From the NCBI RefSeq assembly GCF_003334335.1, contig NZ_QOWQ01000009.1: a stretch of DNA of 64,000 nucleotides. One strand, 5' to 3'. The notes under the pieces were generated by a model. That model saw only the letters and a list, made by a program, of their open reading frames with translations. It made no database searches and had not been told where the DNA came from. Position numbers and translations under genes: made by a program. Below, piece after piece: positions 1 to 14,543 of the stretch. The number at the start of each line of letters is the position of its first letter. Position 1 is the first letter of the stretch. This stretch comes from Escherichia coli (GTDB taxonomy: Bacteria; Pseudomonadota; Gammaproteobacteria; Enterobacterales; Enterobacteriaceae).

Positions 1-629
1 TCAATGCTGCCAACAATCGTCGCTCCGACCAGAATCTGCGCCATTGGGCCAAATTCGGTATCGAAAAGGCAAATCACGCGTTCGTTACGGGCAAACAGAT
101 TCGGCACGTTCTGAGCCGTGAGATGGTTAACGGAGAAGAGATCGCCCGGCACGTAGATCATCTCACGCAGAATACCGTTGCACGGCATGTGTACGCGGTG
201 GTAGTCACGCGGGGAGAGGTAAGTGGTCACAAACGTACCGTTGCGGAACAGGTCCGCCATCAGATAGTTGCCTGCCAGCAGGGCTTCGAGGCTGTAGTTG
301 TGGCCTTTGGCTTGCAGGATTTTATCTTCTTCGATTTTACCCAACTGGCTGATAACGCCATCGGCAGGCATGACCAGTACATTCGGATCGGTATCGATTG
401 GGCGTACTTCGTCACGCAGCGGACGGACAAAGAATTCGTTAAAGGTGCGGTAGCTGGCGGTGTCCGGCTTTTGCGCCTCTTTCATGTCGACCTTGTAGTA
501 TTTAACGAACAGATCGATAACCAGTTTTGTCAGCCATCCTGCCCGCTTGCTTGCGCCCCAACCCGCCAGGCGAGTAAGCCATAGTTTCGGCAGAATGTAC
601 TGTAGCGAAAGTTTAAATGAATTTAACAA
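1..629 (-). CDS. psd: phosphatidylserine decarboxylase proenzyme, N-terminal part (gene continues past window start)
   Basis: Minus-strand translation from 629 reads (M)[28 protein letters not shown], matching the Psd N-terminus as I remember it; GGAGG 5 nt upstream; apparent TTG start, no in-frame ATG before the upstream stop; not in ORF track because no stop inside window. Confidence 0.85.
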   Translation of the reverse strand, partial: MLNSFKLSLQYILPKLWLTRLAGWGASKRAGWLTKLVIDLFVKYYKVDMKEAQKPDTASYRTFNEFFVRPLRDEVRPIDTDPNVLVMPADGVISQLGKIEEDKILQAKGHNYSLEALLAGNYLMADLFRNGTFVTTYLSPRDYHRVHMPCNGILREMIYVPGDLFSVNHLTAQNVPNLFARNERVICLFDTEFGPMAQILVGATIVGSI

Positions 630-725
630 GGTAGCCTCCAGGCCATTGTTTTGTCGTTCCTGATCCGGCCTACATGCCGGATCCTGAAAAAAAGGGGACG
701 ATTCTAACGACGGTTAGCTTAATTG

Positions 726-1778
726 TCAGTCATCCGTATCAGAAAAGTTTTTACGCGTTTTTACCTGCGCCATGCTTTCCAGAATACGGTGATAGTTTTC
801 GAAACGGGTTTCCGCGATTTTCCCTTCCTCAACCGCTTCCCGGATAGCGCAGCCCGGATCGGTATCGTGTTTGCAATCGCGATATTTACACAGACCTAAA
901 TAGTCATGGAATTCGACAAAGCCCTGAGTGATTTGTTCCGGCTCCAGGTGCCAGAGGCCGAACTCACGCACTCCTGGGGAGTCAATCACATCACCGCCGT
1001 GCGGGAAGTGATACAGCCGAGCGGCGGTCGTGGTGTGCTGACCGAGCCCCGAGTTGTCAGAGATATCGTTGGTCAGGATCTCTTTTTGCAGCCCCAGCAA
1101 CGCATTCAGCAGGCTGGATTTGCCGACGCCAGACTGCCCGGCAAAAATGCTGATGCGCCCGGTCAACGCCTCTTCCAGCGGTTTTAGCCCATCCTGAGTA
1201 TGGCTGGAAACCATCAATACGCGATAACCGATATTGCGGTAGATATCCATCTGCTCGTTGACGAACGCCATGCCTTCGTCGTCCAGCAGGTCTATCTTGT
1301 TGAGCACAATAATCGGCTCAATCTGCAAGGTTTCGCAGGCCACCAGGTAACGGTCGATAATATTGAGCGACAGCTCCGGCAAAATGGCGGAGACAATGAC
1401 AATCTGGTCGATGTTGGCGGCAATAGGTTTTACGCCGTCGTAGAAATCCGGACGCGTCAACACCGAGGTACGCTCATGCACCGCTTCCACGATCCCTTTG
1501 ACATTTACGCCTTCCGCCGCCGGTTTACCCGGACGCCAGACTACGCGGTCGCCGGTTACCAGCGAACGGATGGTACGGCGAATATTGCAGCGGTGAACGT
1601 CGCCATCGGCGGATTCCACATCAGCGTGCATACCAAAGCGGCTGATGACGATACCTTCATCAGGCTCGCCAAACAGATTGTCGTCGTAGTCGGGCTTCTC
1701 CTTAGACGTTTTAAGACGACGCTGGTGATTGGCGTTCACGCGGCGCTGCTGGCCTTTGGAGAGTTTATTTTTACTCAA
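726..1778 (-). CDS. rsgA: small ribosomal subunit biogenesis GTPase RsgA (YjeQ)
   Basis: ORF 726..1811 translation contains [20 protein letters not shown] and G-protein motifs (GQSGVGKSS); start trimmed to in-frame TTG at 1778 to give the 350-aa protein; the ATG at 1811 is an alternative. Confidence 0.9.
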
Positions 1779-1872
1779 TCGTACAGACTCCTGGTCGCCC
1801 CTGATGGGCAAAACATCTATGATACACGCAATTGTGGATCAATATAGTCACTGTGAATGGGTGGAAAATAGC

Positions 1873-2418
1873 ATGAGTGCCAATGAAAACAACCTGATTT
1901 GGATCGATCTTGAGATGACCGGTCTGGATCCCGAGCGCGATCGCATTATTGAGATTGCCACGCTGGTGACCGATGCCAACCTGAATATTCTGGCAGAAGG
2001 GCCGACCATTGCAGTACACCAGTCTGATGAACAGCTGGCGCTGATGGATGACTGGAACGTGCGCACCCATACCGCCAGCGGGCTGGTAGAGCGCGTGAAA
2101 GCGAGCACGATGGGCGATCGGGAAGCTGAACTGGCAACGCTCGAATTTTTAAAACAGTGGGTGCCTGCGGGAAAATCGCCGATTTGCGGTAACAGCATCG
2201 GTCAGGACCGTCGTTTCCTGTTTAAATACATGCCGGAGCTGGAAGCCTACTTCCACTACCGTTATCTCGATGTCAGCACCCTGAAAGAGCTGGCGCGCCG
2301 CTGGAAGCCGGAAATTCTGGATGGTTTTACCAAGCAGGGGACGCATCAGGCGATGGATGATATCCGTGAATCGGTGGCGGAGCTGGCTTACTACCGCGAG
2401 CATTTTATCAAGCTGTAA
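1873..2418 (+). CDS. orn: oligoribonuclease
   Basis: ORF 1729..2418; sequence [34 protein letters not shown] is Orn; start set to ATG at 1873 (181 aa). Confidence 0.93.
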
Positions 2419-2543
2419 AATTTTTCCTGGTCACGTAAGCGCCGGAATCCACTTGCGGCGGCGTGATTTTGACGCTAAATTGAACGTCTTGCTGATAATT
2501 TCAGCACTTGAGATAAAAACGCAAAAAAAACTTTTTTGGGGGG

Positions 2544-2571
2544 TTGCAGAGGGAAAGATTTCTCGTATAAT
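2544..2571 (+). promoter_or_regulatory. sigma70-type promoter for the tRNA-Gly operon: -35 TTGCAG, 16-nt spacer, -10 TATAAT, GC-rich discriminator GCGCCTCCC
   Basis: Read directly: TTGCAG at 2544-2549, TATAAT at 2566-2571, A/T-rich UP-like tract upstream, tRNA starts at 2629. Confidence 0.6.
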
Positions 2572-2628
2572 GCGCCTCCCGTAACGACGCAGAAATGCGA
2601 AAATTACGAAAGCAAAATTAAGTAGTAC

Positions 2629-2704
<76 letters not shown>

Positions 2705-2740
2705 AAATTTGAAAAGTGCTGCAAAGCACAGACCACCCAA

Positions 2741-2816
<76 letters not shown>

Positions 2817-2834
2817 AATTCTTCTCTCAATAAA

Positions 2835-3084
2835 ATATCCACAGCGACGCGATGCGTTATTGCTGGTTTTTGTTGTCTCTGACAAACTCTTGTAAACAGA
2901 GTTATCCACAGCCTCAGGCTGTAATCTTAATTTCAAAGAAACTTCGCACGGTGAATAGTATTTTTTTAACCTATTGATAGATAAGTTAAAAATTAAGATT
3001 CCGTTTTGTCGAGTCGATCACTTGACGATTTTATTCGTCTTGAATTGCAATGCGTTTTTATTTTTATTCACAAGCTGTGGATGA
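2835..3084. promoter_or_regulatory. datA: DnaA-box cluster with IHF-like site, consistent with the datA DnaA-titration locus
   Basis: TTATCCACA at 2902-2910 and TTATTCACA at 3064-3072 match TTATNCACA exactly; ATATCCACA at 2835-2843 and minus-strand TCATCCACA at 3076-3084 are 8/9; TATCAATAGGTTA (WATCAANNNNTTR) on minus strand about 2967-2979; location downstream of tRNA-Gly and into queG 3' end fits my recollection of datA. Confidence 0.6.
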
Positions 3085-3085
3085 A

Positions 3086-4223
3086 TCAGGCGTCACGCGG
3101 TAACCCTTTTTCAATCACCCGAACCAGACGCTGTTTTTTCGGCAATTGCACTTCGACTATGCACGCATTTCGTCTCTCTATTTGCTGCGCAATCGCCCAC
3201 GCTATGTGCTCATCGAGAAGTGGGTGCTCACCTTTACGACTTTCCAGCGCTGTCAAAATCGTTTCATCCCAAGGGGCATTGCCTAATGCTACGGCGATAT
3301 TACGCAGCCAACGCAGGTGACCAATACGACGAATCGCCGATCCTTCCGTGACTTTTAAAAACTTCTCTTCGCTCCAGGCGAATAACTCAATGAGTTCCGG
3401 TGCGTGTAGCGGCTTACGCGGGCTGAAATCCTCTTCTGTGGTGAGTTGTGAATAGCGATTCCACGGGCAGATAAGCTGGCAGTCATCGCAACCGTAAATA
3501 CGGTTTCCCATTAACGGTCGCAACTCTTCCGGGATCGCCCCTTCAAGTTCGATGGTGAGATAAGAGATACAGCGGCGAGCATCGACGGTATATGGCTCGA
3601 CGATGGCACCGGTCGGGCAAATCGTCATACAGGCCACGCATTTGCCGCATCCTTCCTCGACTGGTTGATCCACGGGCAGCGGAATATCGACCAGCAATTC
3701 GCCTAAAAAGAAGAACGAACCGGCCTCGCGATTGAGGATAAGTGAGTGCTTACCTGTCCAGCCGAGCCCAGCTTTTTCAGCTAACGGGCGCTCGAGAATA
3801 GGCGCAGAATCGACAAACGGTCTAAAATTCAGCGAAACACAATGTTGCTGAATCATCTCGCCCAGCTTTTTGAGTCGGTTGCGCAGAAGTTTGTGATAGT
3901 CACGGCCCAGCGCATAACGGCTAACATAGCCGAGTTTGGGGTTTTTCAGCGTGCTGGCAAATGCGGCGTTAGCAGGAAGGTAATTCATCCGCACGCTGAT
4001 CACGCGCAGCGTACCGGGCAATAACTCATGAGGGCGAGCGCGCAGCATACCGTGACGTGCCATCCAGTCCATTTCGCCGTGGTATTGTTTGTCCAGCCAT
4101 GCTTGCAGTTTGGGCTCGGACTCGCTGAGATCGGTATCGGTAATACCTACCTGCTGAAAGCCCAGTTCCAGCCCCCACTGTTTAATTTTTTGCGCTAACT
4201 GATTGAGATCGAGGGGCTCTGAC

Positions 4224-4225
<2 letters not shown>
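3086..4225 (-). CDS. queG: epoxyqueuosine reductase (4Fe-4S, cobalamin-dependent)
   Basis: ORF 3086..4333; MSEPLDLNQLAQKIKQWGLELGFQQVGITDTDL and Cys clusters CGKCVACMTICP / CDDCQLICP; start trimmed to ATG at 4225 (379 aa). Confidence 0.9.
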
Positions 4226-6204
<1,979 letters not shown>

Positions 6205-6222
6205 CCTTTGAAAGGTGGCGGG

Positions 6223-7560
6223 ATGATGTATCGCATCAGAAATTGGTTGGTAGCGACGCTGCTGCTGCTGTGCACGCCGGTGGGTGCCGCGACGCTCTCT
6301 GATATTCAGGTTTCTAACGGTAATCAACAGGCGCGGATAACGTTGAGTTTTATTGGCGATCCTGATTATGCGTTTAGCCATCAAAGCAAACGCACCGTGG
6401 CGCTCGATATCAAACAAACGGGCGTGATTCAGGGACTGCCGTTGTTGTTCAGCGGCAATAATCTGGTGAAGGCGATTCGCTCTGGAACGCCTAAAGATGC
6501 ACAAACGCTACGGCTGGTGGTCGATCTTACCGAAAACGGTAAAACCGAAGCGGTGAAGCGGCAGAATGGCAGCAATTACACTGTCGTCTTTACGATTAAC
6601 GCCGATGTGCCGCCACCGCCTCCTCCGCCGCCCGTGGTTGCGAAACGCGTTGAAACGCCTGCGGTTGTCGCACCGCGCGTCAGCGAACCGGCGCGCAATC
6701 CGTTTAAAACGGAAAGTAACCGCACTACGGGTGTTATCAGCAGTAATACGGTAACGCGTCCGGCAGCGCGCGCGACGGCTAACACTGGCGATAAAATTAT
6801 CATCGCTATTGATGCCGGACACGGCGGTCAGGACCCTGGCGCTATCGGCCCCGGTGGTACGCGGGAGAAAAATGTCACCATCGCCATCGCGCGTAAATTG
6901 CGTACTTTGCTCAATGACGATCCGATGTTTAAAGGCGTTTTAACCCGTGACGGGGATTACTTTATCTCGGTGATGGGGCGCAGTGATGTGGCACGTAAGC
7001 AAAACGCCAATTTCCTCGTGTCGATTCACGCTGATGCCGCACCGAACCGCAGTGCGACTGGCGCTTCCGTATGGGTGCTCTCTAACCGTCGCGCCAACAG
7101 TGAAATGGCCAGCTGGCTGGAGCAGCACGAGAAACAGTCGGAGCTGCTGGGTGGGGCGGGTGATGTGCTGGCGAACAGTCAGTCTGACCCCTATTTAAGC
7201 CAGGCGGTGCTGGATTTACAGTTCGGTCATTCCCAGCGGGTAGGGTATGATGTAGCGACCAGTATGATCAGTCAGTTGCAACGCATTGGCGAAATACATA
7301 AACGTCGACCAGAACACGCCAGCCTTGGCGTTCTGCGCTCGCCGGATATCCCATCAGTACTGGTCGAAACCGGTTTTATCAGCAACAACAGCGAAGAACG
7401 TTTGCTGGCGAGCGACGATTACCAACAACAGCTGGCAGAAGCCATTTACAAAGGCCTGCGCAATTACTTCCTTGCGCATCCGATGCAATCTGCGCCGCAG
7501 GGTGCAACGGCACAAACTGCCAGTACGGTGACGACGCCAGATCGCACGCTGCCAAACTAA
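6223..7560 (+). CDS. amiB: N-acetylmuramoyl-L-alanine amidase AmiB
   Basis: ORF 6208..7560; [30 protein letters not shown] signal peptide, Pro-rich linker, amidase_3 domain; start set at 6223 (445 aa). Confidence 0.9.
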
Positions 7561-7569
7561 GGACGATTG

Positions 7570-9417
7570 ATGCCAATTCAGGTCTTACCGCCACAACTGG
7601 CGAACCAGATTGCCGCAGGTGAGGTGGTCGAGCGACCTGCGTCGGTAGTCAAAGAACTAGTGGAAAACAGCCTCGATGCAGGTGCGACGCGTATCGATAT
7701 TGATATCGAACGCGGTGGGGCGAAACTTATCCGCATTCGTGATAACGGCTGCGGTATCAAAAAAGATGAGCTGGCGCTGGCGCTGGCTCGTCATGCCACC
7801 AGTAAAATCGCCTCTCTGGACGATCTCGAAGCCATTATCAGCCTGGGCTTTCGCGGTGAGGCGCTGGCGAGTATCAGTTCGGTTTCCCGCCTGACGCTCA
7901 CTTCACGCACCGCAGAACAGCAGGAAGCCTGGCAGGCCTATGCCGAAGGGCGCGATATGAACGTGACGGTAAAACCGGCGGCGCATCCTGTGGGGACGAC
8001 GCTGGAGGTGCTGGATCTGTTCTACAACACCCCGGCGCGGCGCAAATTCCTGCGCACCGAGAAAACCGAATTTAACCACATTGATGAGATCATCCGCCGC
8101 ATTGCGCTGGCGCGTTTCGACGTCACGATCAACCTGTCGCATAACGGTAAAATTGTGCGTCAGTACCGCGCAGTGCCGGAAGGCGGGCAAAAAGAACGGC
8201 GCTTAGGCGCGATTTGCGGCACCGCTTTTCTTGAACAAGCGCTGGCGATTGAATGGCAACACGGCGATCTCACGCTACGCGGCTGGGTGGCCGATCCAAA
8301 TCACACCACGCCCGCACTGGCAGAAATTCAGTATTGCTACGTGAACGGTCGCATGATGCGCGATCGCCTGATCAATCACGCGATCCGCCAGGCCTGCGAA
8401 GACAAACTGGGGGCCGATCAGCAACCGGCATTTGTGTTGTATCTGGAGATCGACCCACATCAGGTGGACGTCAACGTGCACCCCGCCAAACACGAAGTGC
8501 GTTTCCATCAGTCGCGTCTGGTGCATGATTTTATCTATCAGGGCGTGCTGAGCGTGCTACAACAGCAACTGGAAACGCCGCTACCGCTGGACGATGAACC
8601 CCAACCTGCACCGCGTTCCATTCCGGAAAACCGCGTGGCGGCGGGGCGCAATCACTTTGCAGAACCGGCAGCTCGTGAGCCGGTAGCTCCGCGCTACACT
8701 CCTGCGCCAGCATCAGGCAGTCGTCCGGCTGCCCCCTGGCCGAATGCGCAGCCAGGCTACCAGAAACAGCAAGGTGAAGTGTATCGCCAGCTTTTGCAAA
8801 CGCCCGCGCCGATGCAAAAATTAAAAGCGCCGGAACCGCAGGAACCTGCACTTGCGGCGAACAGTCAGAGTTTTGGTCGGGTACTGACTATCGTCCATTC
8901 CGACTGTGCGTTGCTGGAGCGCGACGGCAACATTTCACTTTTATCCTTGCCAGTGGCAGAACGTTGGCTGCGTCAGGCACAATTGACGCCGGGTGAAGCG
9001 CCCGTTTGCGCCCAGCCGCTGCTGATTCCGTTGCGGCTAAAAGTTTCTGCCGAAGAAAAATCGGCATTAGAAAAAGCGCAGTCTGCCCTAGCGGAATTGG
9101 GTATTGATTTCCAGTCAGATGCACAGCATGTGACCATCAGGGCAGTGCCTTTACCCTTACGCCAACAAAATTTACAAATCTTGATTCCTGAACTGATAGG
9201 CTACCTGGCGAAGCAGTCCGTATTCGAACCTGGCAATATTGCGCAGTGGATTGCACGAAATCTGATGAGCGAACATGCGCAGTGGTCAATGGCACAGGCC
9301 ATAACCCTGCTGGCGGACGTGGAACGGTTATGTCCGCAACTTGTGAAAACGCCGCCGGGTGGTCTGTTACAATCTGTTGATTTACATCCGGCGATAAAAG
9401 CCCTGAAAGATGAGTGA
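7570..9417 (+). CDS. mutL: DNA mismatch repair protein MutL
   Basis: ORF 7567..9417; [40 protein letters not shown] (GHKL ATPase motifs); 615 aa from ATG 7570. Confidence 0.95.
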
Positions 9418-10360
9418 TATCAGTAAGGCGAGCCTGCCTAAGGCGATTTTTTTGATGGGGCCGACGGCCTCCGGTAAAACGGCGTTAGCCATTGAGCTGC
9501 GTAAAATTTTACCAGTAGAGTTGATAAGCGTTGATTCTGCCCTTATTTACAAAGGGATGGATATCGGGACGGCGAAGCCGAACGCTGAAGAGTTACTCGC
9601 CGCGCCGCACCGATTGCTGGATATTCGTGATCCGTCGCAGGCTTACTCGGCTGCTGATTTTCGCCGCGATGCGCTGGCGGAAATGGCCGATATCACCGCG
9701 GCGGGGCGGATCCCACTGTTAGTGGGCGGTACGATGTTGTATTTCAAGGCATTGCTGGAAGGGTTGTCGCCGCTACCGTCGGCAGACCCGGAAGTACGGG
9801 CCAGAATTGAGCAACAGGCGGCAGAGCAAGGTTGGGAGTCATTGCATCGTCAACTTCAGGAGGTAGATCCGGTTGCGGCAGCAAGGATTCATCCAAATGA
9901 TCCACAAAGGCTTTCCCGGGCACTGGAAGTTTTTTTCATTTCGGGTAAAACTTTAACGGAACTGACGCAAACGTCAGGAGACGCTCTACCGTATCAGGTG
10001 CATCAGTTCGCCATCGCCCCGGCGAGCCGTGAACTGCTCCATCAACGCATTGAGCAGCGTTTTCATCAGATGTTGGCTTCAGGTTTTGAAGCAGAAGTCC
10101 GGGCGCTTTTTGCCCGAGGAGATTTGCATACGGACTTGCCTTCCATTCGTTGCGTGGGTTATCGCCAGATGTGGTCTTACCTTGAAGGCGAAATCTCATA
10201 CGATGAAATGGTTTATCGAGGTGTTTGCGCCACGAGACAGTTGGCGAAGCGGCAGATAACCTGGCTGCGTGGTTGGGAAGGGGTTCACTGGCTTGACAGT
10301 GAAAAACCAGAACAGGCGCGTGACGAAGTATTACAGGTTGTTGGTGCTATCGCAGGCTGA
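9410..10360 (+). CDS. miaA: tRNA dimethylallyltransferase
   Basis: 316 aa, [32 protein letters not shown]; overlaps mutL 3' end by 8 nt. Confidence 0.95.
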
Positions 10361-10433
10361 ATGTGTACAATTGAGACGTATCGTGCGCAATTTTTTCAGA
10401 ATCGAAAGGTTCAAAGTACAAATAAGCATATAA

Positions 10434-10773
<340 letters not shown>

Positions 10774-10829
10774 ACACGGGGAGCCAGCGATCCTGCGTTC
10801 CCCGCTGATCTATTTAGAGGGTTATACGC

Positions 10830-12110
10830 TTGTTTGACCGTTATGATGCTGGTGAGCAGGCGGTACTGGTACACATCTATTTTACGCAAGACAAAGATAT
10901 GGAAGACCTCCAGGAGTTTGAATCTCTGGTCTCTTCCGCCGGTGTCGAAGCATTGCAGGTGATTACCGGTAGCCGTAAAGCGCCGCACCCAAAGTATTTT
11001 GTAGGTGAAGGTAAAGCAGTTGAAATTGCGGAAGCTGTCAAAGCGACGGGTGCTTCGGTCGTTCTTTTTGACCATGCCCTGAGCCCGGCGCAAGAGCGTA
11101 ACCTGGAGCGTTTGTGCGAGTGTCGTGTTATCGACCGCACCGGCCTTATTTTAGATATTTTCGCCCAACGTGCGCGTACCCATGAGGGTAAGTTGCAGGT
11201 TGAGCTGGCGCAGCTGCGCCATCTGGCTACGCGCCTGGTGCGTGGCTGGACCCACCTTGAAAGACAGAAAGGCGGGATAGGTTTGCGTGGTCCGGGTGAA
11301 ACCCAGCTCGAAACCGACCGTCGTTTGTTGCGTAATCGCATCGTGCAGATACAGTCGCGCCTGGAAAGAGTTGAAAAGCAGCGTGAGCAGGGGCGGCAAT
11401 CGCGTATCAAAGCCGACGTTCCTACTGTTTCGCTGGTGGGATATACCAACGCCGGTAAATCTACCCTTTTCAATCGCATCACCGAAGCGCGGGTCTACGC
11501 GGCAGACCAGTTGTTTGCCACCCTCGACCCGACGTTGCGGCGTATTGACGTTGCAGATGTCGGTGAAACCGTACTTGCAGATACCGTAGGGTTTATTCGC
11601 CACCTGCCGCACGATCTGGTGGCGGCATTTAAAGCCACGTTACAAGAGACGCGGCAAGCCACATTACTGCTGCACGTCATTGATGCGGCGGATGTGCGTG
11701 TACAAGAAAACATCGAAGCGGTGAATACGGTTCTTGAAGAGATCGACGCTCACGAGATCCCAACCCTGCTGGTGATGAACAAGATCGATATGCTGGAAGA
11801 TTTCGAACCGCGTATTGATCGGGACGAAGAGAACAAACCGATCCGTGTCTGGCTTTCCGCACAGACCGGAGCGGGGATACCACAGCTTTTTCAGGCTTTG
11901 ACGGAGCGGCTTTCCGGCGAGGTGGCGCAGCATACATTGCGTCTGCCACCGCAGGAAGGGCGTCTGAGAAGTCGTTTTTATCAGCTTCAGGCAATAGAAA
12001 AAGAGTGGATGGAGGAGGACGGCAGCGTAAGTCTGCAAGTTCGTATGCCGATCGTTGACTGGCGTCGCCTCTGTAAACAAGAACCGGCGTTGATCGATTA
12101 CCTGATCTAA
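10830..12110 (+). CDS. hflX: ribosome-associated GTPase HflX
   Basis: 426 aa; (M)[30 protein letters not shown]-domain GYTNAGKST; start codon at 10830 is TTG. Confidence 0.93.
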   Translation: MFDRYDAGEQAVLVHIYFTQDKDMEDLQEFESLVSSAGVEALQVITGSRKAPHPKYFVGEGKAVEIAEAVKATGASVVLFDHALSPAQERNLERLCECRVIDRTGLILDIFAQRARTHEGKLQVELAQLRHLATRLVRGWTHLERQKGGIGLRGPGETQLETDRRLLRNRIVQIQSRLERVEKQREQGRQSRIKADVPTVSLVGYTNAGKSTLFNRITEARVYAADQLFATLDPTLRRIDVADVGETVLADTVGFIRHLPHDLVAAFKATLQETRQATLLLHVIDAADVRVQENIEAVNTVLEEIDAHEIPTLLVMNKIDMLEDFEPRIDRDEENKPIRVWLSAQTGAGIPQLFQALTERLSGEVAQHTLRLPPQEGRLRSRFYQLQAIEKEWMEEDGSVSLQVRMPIVDWRRLCKQEPALIDYLI

Positions 12111-12195
12111 CGGCGTAGCGTCTGAAGCGTGGAGTCATATCCTCTGGCGTCGAAAGACAACAGGGATCACCGCATAACAAATATGGAGCACAAAC

Positions 12196-13455
12196 ATGGC
12201 GTGGAATCAGCCCGGTAATAACGGACAAGACCGCGACCCGTGGGGAAGCAGCAAACCTGGCGGCAACTCTGAGGGAAATGGAAACAAAGGCGGTCGCGAT
12301 CAAGGGCCACCTGATTTAGATGATATCTTCCGCAAACTGAGCAAAAAGCTCGGTGGTCTGGGCGGCGGTAAAGGCACCGGATCTGGCGGTGGCAGTTCAT
12401 CGCAAGGCCCGCGCCCGCAGCTTGGCGGTCGTGTCGTTACCATCGCAGCGGCAGCGATTGTCATTATCTGGGCGGCCAGTGGTTTCTATACCATTAAAGA
12501 AGCCGAACGCGGCGTGGTAACACGCTTTGGTAAATTCAGCCATCTTGTTGAGCCGGGTCTGAACTGGAAACCGACGTTTATCGACGAAGTCAAACCGGTG
12601 AACGTGGAAGCCGTGCGTGAACTGGCCGCTTCTGGTGTGATGCTGACGTCGGACGAGAACGTAGTGCGCGTTGAGATGAACGTGCAGTACCGCGTCACCA
12701 ATCCGGAAAAATATCTGTATAGCGTGACCAGCCCGGATGACAGCCTGCGTCAGGCTACCGACAGCGCCCTGCGTGGAGTTATCGGTAAATACACCATGGA
12801 CCGCATTCTGACGGAAGGTCGTACCGTGATTCGTAGCGATACTCAGCGCGAACTGGAAGAGACGATTCGTCCGTATGACATGGGTATCACGCTGCTGGAC
12901 GTCAACTTCCAGGCTGCTCGTCCGCCGGAAGAAGTAAAAGCGGCGTTTGACGATGCGATTGCCGCGCGTGAAAACGAACAGCAATACATTCGTGAAGCAG
13001 AAGCGTATACCAACGAAGTTCAGCCGCGTGCGAACGGTCAGGCGCAACGTATCCTCGAAGAGGCGCGTGCGTACAAGGCCCAGACCATCCTGGAAGCTCA
13101 GGGTGAAGTGGCGCGCTTTGCTAAACTTCTGCCGGAATATAAAGCCGCGCCGGAAATTACTCGCGAGCGTCTGTATATCGAGACGATGGAAAAAGTGTTG
13201 GGTAACACCCGCAAAGTGCTGGTTAACGATAAAGGTGGCAACCTGATGGTTCTGCCGTTAGACCAGATGCTGAAAGGTGGTAACGCCCCTGCGGCGAAGA
13301 GCGATAACGGTGCCAGCAATCTGCTGCGTCTGCCGCCAGCCTCTTCCTCCACAACCAGTGGAGCAAGCAACACGTCGTCCACCAGTCAGGGCGATATTAT
13401 GGACCAACGCCGCGCCAACGCGCAGCGTAACGACTACCAGCGTCAGGGGGAATAA
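12196..13455 (+). CDS. hflK: FtsH protease modulator HflK
   Basis: 419 aa; MAWNQPGNNGQDRDPWGSS, Gly-rich N-terminus, SPFH/band-7 domain. Confidence 0.95.
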   Translation: MAWNQPGNNGQDRDPWGSSKPGGNSEGNGNKGGRDQGPPDLDDIFRKLSKKLGGLGGGKGTGSGGGSSSQGPRPQLGGRVVTIAAAAIVIIWAASGFYTIKEAERGVVTRFGKFSHLVEPGLNWKPTFIDEVKPVNVEAVRELAASGVMLTSDENVVRVEMNVQYRVTNPEKYLYSVTSPDDSLRQATDSALRGVIGKYTMDRILTEGRTVIRSDTQRELEETIRPYDMGITLLDVNFQAARPPEEVKAAFDDAIAARENEQQYIREAEAYTNEVQPRANGQAQRILEEARAYKAQTILEAQGEVARFAKLLPEYKAAPEITRERLYIETMEKVLGNTRKVLVNDKGGNLMVLPLDQMLKGGNAPAAKSDNGASNLLRLPPASSSTTSGASNTSSTSQGDIMDQRRANAQRNDYQRQGE

Positions 13456-13457
13456 CG

Positions 13458-14462
13458 ATGCGTAAGTCAGTTATCGCGATTATCATCATCGTGCTGGTAG
13501 TGCTTTACATGTCTGTCTTTGTCGTCAAAGAAGGTGAGCGCGGTATTACGCTGCGTTTTGGTAAGGTACTGCGTGACGATGACAACAAACCTCTGGTTTA
13601 TGAGCCGGGTCTGCATTTCAAGATACCGTTCATTGAAACGGTGAAAATGCTCGACGCACGTATTCAGACCATGGACAACCAGGCCGACCGCTTTGTGACC
13701 AAAGAGAAGAAAGACCTGATCGTCGACTCTTACATCAAATGGCGCATCAGCGATTTCAGCCGTTACTACCTGGCAACGGGTGGTGGCGACATTTCGCAAG
13801 CGGAAGTGCTGTTGAAACGTAAGTTCTCTGACCGTCTGCGTTCTGAAATTGGTCGCCTGGACGTGAAAGATATCGTCACCGATTCCCGTGGTCGTCTGAC
13901 CCTCGAAGTACGTGACGCGCTGAACTCCGGTTCTGCGGGTACAGAAGATGAAGTTACTACCCCGGCGGCAGATAACGCCATTGCCGAAGCGGCAGAGCGC
14001 GTAACGGCTGAGACGAAGGGCAAAGTTCCGGTCATCAACCCGAACAGTATGGCGGCGCTGGGTATTGAAGTTGTCGATGTGCGTATCAAGCAGATCAACC
14101 TGCCGACCGAAGTGTCTGAAGCGATCTACAACCGTATGCGCGCCGAGCGTGAAGCGGTAGCGCGTCGTCACCGTTCACAAGGTCAGGAAGAAGCGGAAAA
14201 ACTGCGCGCGACTGCCGACTATGAAGTGACCAGAACGCTGGCAGAAGCTGAGCGTCAGGGCCGCATCATGCGTGGTGAAGGCGATGCCGAAGCAGCCAAA
14301 CTGTTTGCTGATGCATTCAGTAAAGATCCGGACTTCTACGCATTCATCCGTAGCCTGCGTGCTTATGAGAACAGCTTCTCTGGCAATCAGGACGTGATGG
14401 TCATGAGCCCGGATAGCGATTTCTTCCGCTACATGAAGACGCCGACTTCCGCAACGCGTTAA
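13458..14462 (+). CDS. hflC: FtsH protease modulator HflC
   Basis: 334 aa; MRKSVIAIIIIVLVVLYMSVFVVKEGERGI, SPFH domain; starts 3 nt after hflK stop. Confidence 0.95.
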   Translation: MRKSVIAIIIIVLVVLYMSVFVVKEGERGITLRFGKVLRDDDNKPLVYEPGLHFKIPFIETVKMLDARIQTMDNQADRFVTKEKKDLIVDSYIKWRISDFSRYYLATGGGDISQAEVLLKRKFSDRLRSEIGRLDVKDIVTDSRGRLTLEVRDALNSGSAGTEDEVTTPAADNAIAEAAERVTAETKGKVPVINPNSMAALGIEVVDVRIKQINLPTEVSEAIYNRMRAEREAVARRHRSQGQEEAEKLRATADYEVTRTLAEAERQGRIMRGEGDAEAAKLFADAFSKDPDFYAFIRSLRAYENSFSGNQDVMVMSPDSDFFRYMKTPTSATR

Positions 14463-14490
14463 TATAACGACTGCGGTACAGGTCAATAAA

Positions 14491-14530
14491 GCCACCGCAT
14501 CCTCAGGGATGTCGGTGGTTTTCTTTTTCT
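14491..14530 (+). terminator. probable rho-independent terminator after hflC
   Basis: Imperfect hairpin GCCACCGCATCC..GGATGTCGGTGG followed by TTTTCTTTTTC. Confidence 0.55.
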
Positions 14531-14543
14531 ATAAGGATAATGA

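Noticed and set aside
123-584. 153-aa plus-strand ORF in the track
   Set aside because: Lies antisense to the psd coding region, whose minus-strand translation matches Psd; no SD and no recognisable domain, so treated as a spurious antisense ORF.
2705-2740. Possible third tRNA or small RNA in the spacer between the two tRNA-Gly genes
   Set aside because: Only 36 nt, no cloverleaf potential; it is the inter-tRNA spacer.
6600-6630. Run of proline codons (CCGCCACCGCCTCCTCCGCCGCCC) that looks like a simple repeat
   Set aside because: It encodes the PPPPPPP linker inside AmiB; coding low-complexity, not a repeat element or slippage tract of separate interest.
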